Assembly: GCF_004010195.1 (NCBI RefSeq)
Contig: NW_025214736.1
Location: 1 to 50,000 of the forward strand
DNA from: Chiloscyllium plagiosum
Lineage: Eukaryota
DNA: 50,000 bases
Direction: 5' to 3'
The notes beneath the pieces are model-generated. The model saw only the letters and a list, made by a program, of their open reading frames with translations, was not told where the DNA came from and ran no database searches. How positions within the stretch are numbered: position 1 is the stretch's first letter; each line of letters starts with the position of its first letter. A program made the translations under genes and the position numbers. Positions 38,380-47,759 of this stretch are shown here, piece after piece.

Positions 38380-39290
38380 TGTAGAAAGGTTGACCTTGAG
38401 GATAGTAACACCTTTTCTACCCCAGACCCAAACGGGGTAACTTTCCAGAATTCCCCTGCCTCTGGACTCCTCGTACTGAGACCAATTTCTTCTCTTTATC
38501 AATTTTTAGTCCACCTACTATCATGTATTTTAACGACTTCTTCTTTCATTATGACATGGGCAGCATCTTCTTGACTGGTAAAGAGAGATGCAAAGTTCAT
38601 ATTTAGAACCTCAGCTATGTCCACTGCTTCTATGTGTCAGTTGTTTTTTGGTGCCTACATGGCTCCACACTTTCTTTTACTGCTCTTTTATTGTTCAGAT
38701 GGTAAGTAAAACTTTTGGATTCCTTTTTAAAGCAGTTACCAGTCTCTTCTAATTCTTACCTTTTATTCCACTATGTTGGATATTTACTTACCCTCTGACC
38801 TTTTAAATTCCACATGGTTCTCAATTTTATTACCCACCCTTTTCTGGTATTATCGCTTTCGTTGTCCAGGGAGTGCTCAGTTTGTTTGCCTGATGGCTAC
38901 ACCAAACTGTCTTCTCTTTGAAGGGAGACCATTGTACTATTACAGTTTTGCCTGACAATCTTTAATTCCAATTTATTTGGTCAGATCCCTTCTTAAACCA
39001 TTGAAATTGGACCTCTCCAACTAATTATTGTTGTCTTTGAATGCTCCTTGTCCTTTTCCATGGCCAATTTAAAGCTCATGCTAATGTAACTGTTGTCACT
39101 AAATGTTCCCTCACTGACACTGAATTCAGTGGATACAAGTCAGTCTCCAGAACCAGAAATACCAAGGCCTCTTACTGTCATTCATTGAAGCATGCAGTGC
39201 AGAAAATTCTCCTGATAGAAATTCTGAATCTTTCTATAACTTCCTTGCAAATTTGTCCCTTTGTATCATTCCTCATTGGAAGCCAATAGA
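38380..39290 (-). mobile_element. Old CR1 LINE fragment (endonuclease-RT linker region)
   Basis: Decayed CR1 motifs such as ggtaaagag.gatgcaaag..catattta..acctcagc and ccttgtccttttccat...aaatgttccc.cactga. Confidence 0.55.
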
Positions 39291-39605
39291 ATACACTCAG
39301 CAGTGCATTTGAACAGATGTACATTCAAATTTGGAGCAGGAACAGATCATTTGGTCCCTTGTGGAAATTATAGGAAGGTTCAGAATTTCCATCAGGAGAA
39401 TTTTCTGTGCTGCATGTTTCTATGAATGAGACTAAGAGGCCTTGGTATTTCTGTTTCTGGGGAATGAGTTGTATCAACTAGACCTTCCTAGCATTAGTGA
39501 GGGAATATTTACTGATAACAGTTACAGGACCATGAGGTTTAAATTGGCCATGGAAAAGGACAAGGAGCATTCAATGACAACAATAAATAGTTGGTGCAGT
39601 CCAAT
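39006..39605. repeat. Inverted repeat with ~240-bp arms and 118-nt spacer
   Basis: 39006-39244 is the reverse complement of 39363-39605 at roughly 85% by eye, including a perfect 37-bp block tttaaattggccatggaaaaggacaaggagcattcaa. Confidence 0.93.
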
Positions 39606-39869
39606 GGCTATTGCACCATTCGATAAGATCATGGTTGTTCTGATTTTGGCCTTAACTCTACTTTACTGCCTAAACTAATACTGTTTAAGCCCCTTATTAG
39701 TCAAAGATATATAAACCTCTACCTTGAAGATATTCAATGAGTCTGTCTCCAGTGATCTCTGAGAATGAGAATTCCACAGATCCCTTATCCTTTAAGTTTC
39801 AGAACTAGGGATGTTTTTTGATGATTACAATACTTTATTTCCATTTATAGTTCCACAGAAATTGAAGAA

Positions 39870-40920
39870 AAACCTAGAACAACATTCAGGCTTGAGCTAA
39901 TAAGTGATAAATAAAATACATCTCACATAAGGTCAAGGCAATGACATTCTCATAAGAGAATCAAACCATATAAACTTGACATTCAATGGAATTATCATTG
40001 GAGAAAACTCTCAGCATCAACATCCTGAGGGTTACCATTGACATAAAAATTAACTGGACTAGCCACATAAATACTGCAGCTATAACAGCTGGTCAGAGAC
40101 TAGTATTCTGCATTGAGTAATTCAGCTCCTTATCTCCCATAACTGTTCAATATCTACAAGGCATTAGATCAGGAAAGCAATAGAATACTTACTCTGCCCC
40201 ACTTGCTTGGATGAGTTACAGCTCCACCAAGGTCAAAGAAGTATGACACAATCAGCTCAAAACAAGCTGCTTAATTGACCACCTACGCATCACTTTAAAC
40301 AGTCACCTTCCACCAGTGGCAGATAGTATCAGCACTGTGTACTGACTGTAAGATGCACTGTAGCACCTGCAAAGATATCTTTGTCAGCATCTTCCAAATT
40401 CCTGGCTCCGACTTTCTAGAAAAACATAGTCAGCAGCAGCTGAGCACACCACTATATGAAAAATATATCGTCCAAATTACACAACATCCTGACTTGAACT
40501 GTACTCTTCCATTGCCGCTAGGTCAAAACTTTGGTAACTGTTTCCAATAAATACTACTGATGTGTGCCGACCAGCCATGGATTGCAGCCGTTCAATGATG
40601 CGTATGACCACTATCTTCTCAACTGCTATGAGGGGCGAGCATGAAATACTTGAGCTGATAAATGGCTAACAACATTTGCACATCAAACGTGCTTCACAAT
40701 AACCATCTCCCACAAGTCAGAATCTAGCCACCCTTGCTTAATGTTCAATGACATTACCATTGATGAATCTACCACCATCAATTGGTGACATGAAACCTAA
40801 CTGGACCAGCTATCTAATACTCTGGCTACAAAAGAACATCAGCAGCTGGGAATTATTCAGTGAATAACTCACCTCCTGAATTCCCAAAGGCTGTCCACCA
40901 TCTCGGGCACATGTCTGCAA
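39870..40920 (+). mobile_element. Two fragments of a second LINE family (CR1/L2-like RT C-terminus)
   Basis: acattcaatgg.att.ccatt....aactggac.agc....aatact...gcta..a.agc occurs at about 39980-40100 and 40740-40850. The second fragment appears to resume at 44130-44250 after the nested CR1. Confidence 0.6.
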
Positions 40921-40921
40921 T

Positions 40922-43900
40922 ATAGAATCATAATCACAGCAGGGAAACAGACCCTTCAGTCCAATTCGTCCATGCCAACAAGATTTCCCAAAATAAACTA
41001 GTCTCAATTGCCTGCATTTGACCCATATCCCTCTAAACATTTTCTATTCATGTACCTGCCAAATGTCTTTAGAATGTTGCAATTGTACCTGCCTCTACCA
41101 CTTCTTCTGGCAGCTCGTTCCACATACGCACCACTCTATGTGAAAATGTTGCCCCTCAGATTCCTTTCAAATCTTTCCCCTCTCATCTTAAATCTATGCG
41201 CTCTAGCTTTGAATTCCCTAATCTGTCCAATTCGCTTTATCTATGCTACTAATGATTTTATAAACTTCTAAAAGGTCATCCCCAACCTTCTGCACTCCAA
41301 GGAAAAATGTTCCAGCCTAATAACACTCTCCTTATAACTCAAACCCTCCAGTGCTGGTAACATCCTTGTAAATCTTTTCTGCTCCCTTTCCAGTTTAATA
41401 ATATCCTTCCTATAGCAGGGCAACTAGAACTCTACGCAGTACTCTAAATGTGGCCTAACCAATGTCTTGTATAGCCGTAACATGACATCCTGACTCCTAT
41501 ACTCAATGCTCTGATCAATTTGTGAAGCAGTGACATGCTTCTTCACACATGAGAAGCGTGCCAAATGACTTTTTCACCAGCCTGTCCATCAGTGGCACCA
41601 CTTTCAAAGAACTATGTCCCTGAAACCGTAGGTCTCTCTCAACAACAACACATCTCAGGGCTCTACTATTCATTGTTTAAGTCCTGCCCTGGTTTCTCTT
41701 ACCAAAATGCAATACCTTGAACTTATCTAAATTAAACTTCATCGGCCATTCCTTGGCTCATTGGCCCAACTGAACAAAATCCCATTTTACTCTTAGATCA
41801 CCTTCTTCACTGTCCTTTACACCACCAATTTTGGTGTCATCCACAAATTTATTAACCATGCTTCCTATATTCTCATCCAAATTGTTTATATAAATGGCAA
41901 GCAACAGAGGAGCCTGCATCAATCCCTACGGAACATCCCTGGTCACAGTCCTCTAGGCCAAAAAACAACACTCTACCACCAATTTGTAACTCCTACCGTC
42001 AAGCCAATTTTGCATCCAATTGGCTAGCTCTCCCTGAATCCCATCTGATCTAACTTTACTAATCAGTCTACCATGCAGAACCTTGTTGAAGGCCTTGCTA
42101 AAGTCCATGTAGACAACGTTCCCTCATCTGTCTTCTTGGTCACATCCTCAAAAACTCAATCAAGTCTATGAGACACGATTTTTCATGCACAAAGCCATGC
42201 TGGTTATCCCTAATCAATCCTTGTCTCTCCAAAAGGTGTTAAGTCCTGTCTCTATGAATTCCCTCCAACAACCTACCCACCACTGACTTCAGATTGACCA
42301 ATCTATAGTTCCCTGGCTTTTCCTTACAGCCTTTCTTAAATAAAGACACAACTTCAGTCATCCTCCAGTCTTCTGGCACCTCACCCATGGCTGTCAATGA
42401 TACAAATATTTCTGCTAAGGACTCTGCAATTTCTTCCTTAACTTCCCACAATGTCCTGGAATACACTGATCAGGTTACAGGGATTTATCTACCTTTATGT
42501 GTTTTAAGATTTCCAGCACTTTCTATTCTGTAAAAGGACTGTTTTCAAGACATCAGTATTTATTTCCCCAAGTTCCCTAGCCTCCATGTCTTTCTCCACA
42601 GTAAATACTGACACAAAGTATTTGTTCAGTATCTCACTCATCTCTTCTGGTTCCACACATAGATGACCTTGCTGATTTTTTAAGAGCTCCTATTCCGTAG
42701 TTGCTATTTTGCTCTTAATGCACTTGTGGAATCTCTTTTGATTCTCCTTAAGCTTATCTGCCTTGGCTACCTCATTTCCCCTCTTTGCATTCCTGATTCT
42801 CCTCTTAAATATGCTCCTGCTCTCCCTATACTCTTCAAAGGATTCGCTTGATCTCGGCTGTCTATTCTTGACATATGCCTCCTTCTTTGTCTTGAGCAGT
42901 GCCTCAATACCCCTAGTCATCCAGTGTTTCTTGTTCCTACCAGTCTTGCCTTTCACTCTAACAGGAACATATTGTCTCTGAACTCGTTATCTCACTTTTG
43001 ACATCCTCCTACTTGCGAGTCGTCCCTTTATCTACAAACAGCTCACCCCAAACAACTTTTGAATGTTTCTGTTTAATACCATCAAAATTGACCTTGCTCG
43101 AATTTAGAACTTTAACTTTTATACAAAACCTAAACACTATGGAAGGTCCAGTCTACATGTGAAAAGTTAAAATCCACGAATAGGGGATTATTCTTTGGGA
43201 TGTTTGAGATCTGCCTACATACTGCACATACAGTTTCTTGCTAACTACTGGGGCATCTGCAGTACAATCCTATCAAAAGTGATCATCCCCTTTTTATTTC
43301 TCAGTTCAACCCACACAGCTTCTCTGGATGATCCCCCAGAAATATCCTCTCTAAATAGAGCAATCCTGTTTTCCCTAAACAAAAACACCCCTCCTACTCC
43401 TCTCTTTCTTCCGTCTCTATCCTTCCTAATGCATCTATACACTGGAACATTGATCTGTCCATCCTGTCCCTCCCTCAACCACATTTCTGTAATAGCTATG
43501 ATGACCCGTCTCATGTTTCCATTCGTGCCTTAAGTTCATCTGCCTTACCGGTAAGGCCTCTTGCATTGAAATAAATGCAGTTTAATTATTTAGTTATACC
43601 GGAATCTTTGCTGTGCTCTTGCCTGCCCTGTCTACTTAACTTACTCCCTTTATCTTCTGAACTATCCTCAACCTCGCTCTTTTCTCCCTATTGCTTTAGG
43701 ATCCCCCCACCTTCCCTGTCCCTACTAGTTTAAAGGCTTCTGAGTAGCACAAGCAAATCTCCCCTCCAGGATATTGATCTCCTCCATTTTGGGCGAAACT
43801 CATCCCTCTTGTACAGGTCGCTTCTATTCCGAAAGAGATTCTAATGATCTGAAAATCTGAATTCATGTTCCCTGCACCATCTGCTCACCACTCATTCTCC

Positions 43901-44130
43901 TCTGCTGCTCTCACGAGCACATTGCGCCACTCATAATCCAGAGAATACTACCCTTAAGGTCCTGCTTTTGAACCTTGTGCCTAACTTCCTATATTCACTC
44001 TGCAGAACCTCATCTCCTTCTCTAATTATCTCTTTGGTACCAATGTGTTCAATGTATCTGGCTGCTCACACGACCTCACCACCCACCTTGAGTATTTGCT
44101 GCAACTGCTCTAAGACATGCTTGACCCTAT
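40922..44130 (-). mobile_element. Long CR1/HER1 LINE (ORF1 remnant, AP endonuclease, RT), degraded
   Basis: IIAITEMWL...YRCIRKDR..RKRG.GGV...EAVWVELRNKKG (endonuclease) and GEVPEDWR..V..LFKKG...PGNYR (RT domain 0-1), with an atagaatcat 3' tail. Confidence 0.92.
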
Positions 44131-44261
44131 AAGAGAACACTTTTACTTTGTTAGGTGAGTGTTCCACCAACATTAAAGAGGCTCAACACCTTCTACACAA
44201 AGGACCTCATTCATCATCTTAAACATTCAATACTTCCAGCACGAGACATAGTAGAATATAT

Positions 44262-44558
44262 CACCACTGCTGCCTCACAGCGCCAGAGACCCGGGTTCAA
44301 TTCCCGCTTCGGGCAACTGTCTGTGTGGAGTTTGCATATTCTCCCTGTGTCTGCTTGGGTTTCCTCTGGGTGCTCCTGTTTCCTCCCACAGTCCAAAGAT
44401 GTACAAGTTATGTGAATTGGCCATGCTAAGTTGCCCGTAGTGTTATGTGAAGGGGTAAGTGTAGGGGAATGGGTCTGGGTGGGTTGCCCTTCGGAGGGTT
44501 GATGTGGACTTGTTGGGCAGAAGAGCCTGTTTCCACACTGTAAGTAATCTAATCTAAA
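44262..44558 (+). mobile_element. HE1-type SINE
   Basis: cactgctgcctcacagcgccagagacccgggttcaattccc...cctgtttccacactgtaagtaatctaatctaa. Confidence 0.93.
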
Positions 44559-44599
44559 CAGAACTAAGAATGTTAAAAAGACAAGTCTTAAGGACAAAT

Positions 44600-46075
44600 T
44601 TATCCTTGTGGACAAATTAGTCATGCAAGGAGATATAACAAGTGATGTAGTGGGGATGACAGAAACATGGCTCAGAGTGACAAGGAATAGAAACTGAATG
44701 ATCAGTTTTTGGAAAGGACACACAAAAATGAAATGGAGGTGTGTAACACTGTTGATTAAAATAGAAATTAATGCAATTGTGAGGAAGGGTATTAACTCTG
44801 GTGAAGTAGAATCTATGCGGGTTGAGTTTAGAAACACCAAGGGGCAGGAAATGATAAAATGGGGTTTTATATATAAACCTACAAGCAGGAAGAGTAATGT
44901 TAGGAATGGAATTAAAAAGGAAACTAGCAATGTAAGTAATAAAGCAGCTGCACTTATTGCTGACTTCAGTCAGCATATAATTGGGCAAAGCAAATTGGTA
45001 ATACATAATAGATTAGTATGCAAAATTAAAGCTCATGGGATTTTATGTTTGCTTACTGACATGGATTGAGAACTGGTTGGCAGACAGTAAACAAAGAATA
45101 AGAATTCATGGGTATTTTTCTGGAATGACTAGTGGGAAACTATAGGAATCAGAGCTTGGACCCCAGCTATTCACAATATGTAATACTAATTTGGATGAGG
45201 AAACTACAAGTCATATCTCCAGGTTTGCAGAAGATATAAAGCTGGGTGGGATGGAGTTGCGAAGAGGGTGCAGAGATGATTCAGTGTAATTTGGACAAGT
45301 TAAGCAAATGGGCAAATAAAGGGCAGATGCAGTAAAATGTGGATAGAGGTGAGGTTATCCATTTGTTTGCCAAAACAGGCAGGTAGATCACGATCTGAAT
45401 GCTAATAGATTGGGAAAAGGGGAGATGCAATGAGATGTATGTGTCCTTGTACATCAGTTGCTGAATGTAAGCATGCAGGTGCAGCAGGCATTGAAGAAGG
45501 CAAATGGGATGTTTGCCCTCATACCGAGAGGATTTCAATACAGGAGCAGGGGTGTCTTACTGCAGTTGGAGATGATCTTGTTAAGACCACATATGGAGTA
45601 TTGTGTGAAGTTTCGGTCTTCTCATCTGAGCAAGATTATTCTGGCTAGAGAGAGAGTGCAATGAAGGTTTACCAAATTGATGCCTGGGATGGTAGGACTG
45701 ACGTATGGGAAGAGACTGGATCAGTGAGGAGTATATTCACGGGAGTTCAGGAAAATGAGGGGGTAATTTCATAGAAATCCATAAAATTCTTACAGGACTA
45801 GACAGGTAGATACAGGAAGAATGCTCTCAATGACCAGGGAGTCCAGAACCCAAGGGCACAGTCTAAGGATAAGGCAGAGAGGAGCAAGAATCTCTCACCC
45901 AGCGAGCTGTGAGCTTATGGAACTCTCTGCCACAGGAAACTGTTGAGGCTAAAATATTGGAGGCTTTCAAGAAAAATATAAATAAGGGTCATTGGATTAA
46001 AATCAAAGGATATGGGGAGAAAGCCAAAACACAGTACTGAGTTGGAGGATCAGCCATGATCTTACTGAATTGCTT
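44600..46075 (+). mobile_element. CR1 LINE with internal deletion
   Basis: VGMTETWL and VESMRVEFRNTKG (endonuclease) join directly to RT 3' motifs QVQQALKKANGMFA...RPHMEYCVKF. Confidence 0.88.
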
Positions 46076-46279
46076 TTCAGGCTGGAAAGGGTGAAAATGC
46101 ATAATATCAATATTCTAATGATGTGAACGAATTTAATGAAGGTCCACTGACCTGAGCAGGCATAAACAGTAACCCATATTTACTTAAGCACAGAAGCATA
46201 TAGCTAGCAAATTATATTTGCCTGCTTGTAGTTCAGGTAATCATAAATTATACCCATGACACTTTTCCCCATTTTTCCC

Positions 46280-46612
46280 CAGGGCACAAATATAAATGAA
46301 GGGATGGCCCTTTAAAATTGACAAGGGAGAATTTCTTTAGCCAGAGGATAGTTCATCTGTGAAACTATTTGCAGCAAAAGGCTGTGGAGACCAAGTCGTT
46401 GAGTGTATTTAAGACAGAGATAGATAAATTATTGATTACTAATGGTATCAAGGATTATGGGGAGACGGCAGAAGATCAAAACTGCACACAGTACTCCCAG
46501 TGTGGACAGTCACAGGAAGACAATATTGCTCCTGTACACAAACCCTCTTGCAATGAAGGCCAACTTGCCATTTGCTTTCTTTTAGTACATCCTTCAGCAT
46601 GCTTTCATTGAG
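46280..46612. mobile_element. Two small CR1 fragments in opposite orientation
   Basis: Plus strand QQKAVETKSLSVFKTEIDK (to about 46468), then minus strand gatcaaaactgcacacagtactcc. Confidence 0.65.
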
Positions 46613-46995
46613 ATTAAATTGTAACGTTTTAATTTCTATGAAGTACCACTACATATTATTCAAATCAAATTGAATCTAACACCTTTTTTCTCATTTTGTT
46701 TTTTTTTCATATAATACGTCTTGTATCTAATACATTAATGTCAACCTCAAGCCTCACAATTGTGCCTCATATCTTTATGCCTTAAATGTAATACGCAGGA
46801 ATAAGTGAACTCGCATTGTCAATTATTTAAAGTCCCTAGGGACACCTCCCATTTGGACTTGGTAACACCCATTAGTTCAATAATATTTGAATACTGTGAC
46901 GTCACTTGATCTACTTCAAAGAAGCCTAATTTGACTTATGACATCAATATCGAAAAAGGCATTCAGTTCTACAAGTGATAAAAAAAAGGACCTAC

Positions 46996-47457
46996 ATTCT
47001 CCACGTCATCTTGGGTCAAAATGCCACTGGTAAAGCAATACACAGAAATGTCAAAGGGTAGCAGCTTGTCGATTAAACTTGGGGCCAAGATGTCGATGAG
47101 TTTCACCTCCAGGTCATTTTGGGCTTCCAGTGATGGCGATATACCGTAATCTGTATCGAGACGCACATACTCAGCGGCGTGAGAACAACCGCCTTCCCTC
47201 AGGGCAGTGATAAACTCTCCAAACCAGCCCGCTGCAGGGGGCTGCCTGGTGATCTTGGTGAGTAGCAGATTGACAGCAGCCTGGTTGCCTTTTTGCAGTT
47301 TCATGGCCCGGATCTCCTCTTTATCGGCCTCTTCCACGAACGTGATGAAGTCCAGCACTGGCTCCACTTGGATGGTCGCGACCAAGCGGTTGCGGAAACA
47401 ATCGATCAGCATCAACTGCTGCTGCTCTCGCCCCTGCTCACACTCGCTGGAGCTCAT
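46996..47457 (-). CDS. IFIH1: MDA5 coding exon 1 (CARD1 and first half of CARD2), 154 codons
   Basis: The translation [24 protein letters not shown]...GWFGEFITALREGG..AA.Y...SPSLEAQND...L.PSLIDKLL aligns by eye with human MDA5 [24 protein letters not shown]...GWTREFVEALRRTG..AARY...SPSFENAHD. The ATG context is caacATG. It ends at the phase-0 donor AAT|gtaggt, the same position and phase as human exon 1. The region is CpG-rich. Confidence 0.95.
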
Positions 47458-47486
47458 GTTGAACAGCTATGCGATAGCGGATACTG

Positions 47487-47524
47487 GAACTGAACGCTGG
47501 CTCCCCACTTCTCCGTGTTTTAAA
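47487..47524 (-). promoter_or_regulatory. Putative core promoter: TATA-like TTTAAAA and Inr TCAGTTC
   Basis: On the minus strand TTTAAAA (47524-47518) lies 27-33 nt upstream of an Inr-matching TCAGTTC (A at 47491), which is 34 nt before the ATG. Confidence 0.5.
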
Positions 47525-47530
47525 GTGATC

Positions 47531-47542
47531 AGTTTCGGTTTC
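47531..47542. promoter_or_regulatory. ISRE (IRF/ISGF3 site)
   Basis: AGTTTCGGTTTC exactly matches the AGTTTCNNTTTC consensus, about 75-85 nt upstream of the ATG of a known interferon-stimulated gene. Confidence 0.85.
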
Positions 47543-47573
47543 GATTCTATAAAGTCACGCAGTGAAACACAAT

Positions 47574-47597
47574 TGACGTGGAGAAAAGGGGACTTCC
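47574..47597. promoter_or_regulatory. CRE/ATF-like site and NF-kB-like site
   Basis: TGACGT at 47574-47579 and GGGGACTTCC (fits GGGRNWYYCC loosely) at 47588-47597, clustered with the ISRE. Confidence 0.55.
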
Positions 47598-47677
47598 ATC
47601 AGCAATACTTTATCAAAGAAAAATATACACTAAGCAACGTACAGTAGAAAGCCCAATAAACAGTGAAACAAAGTATC

Positions 47678-47690
47678 GATTTCTGTTTCT
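47678..47690. promoter_or_regulatory. Second ISRE-like site
   Basis: GATTTCTGTTTCT contains TTTCNNTTTC. There is a CCAAT at 47653-47657 nearby. Confidence 0.4.
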
Positions 47691-47759
47691 ATTTACAGAT
47701 CAAAAGATCAGATTCCCTTTTACAAATGGGACAGGTATTTTCGGATTAGCATAAAAACA

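Noticed and set aside
44214..44930. 238-aa minus-strand ORF and similar long ORFs (3661-4296, 48343-48936, 11419-11826)
   Set aside because: These are antisense or off-frame readings of CR1, HE1 and Penelope sequences, not genes.
24955..47457. Idea that the locus is a stand-alone CARD-only gene lacking a helicase
   Set aside because: An in-phase MDA5-like exon 4 is present at 2524-2625, so the gene most likely continues out of the window, where the helicase exons are expected.
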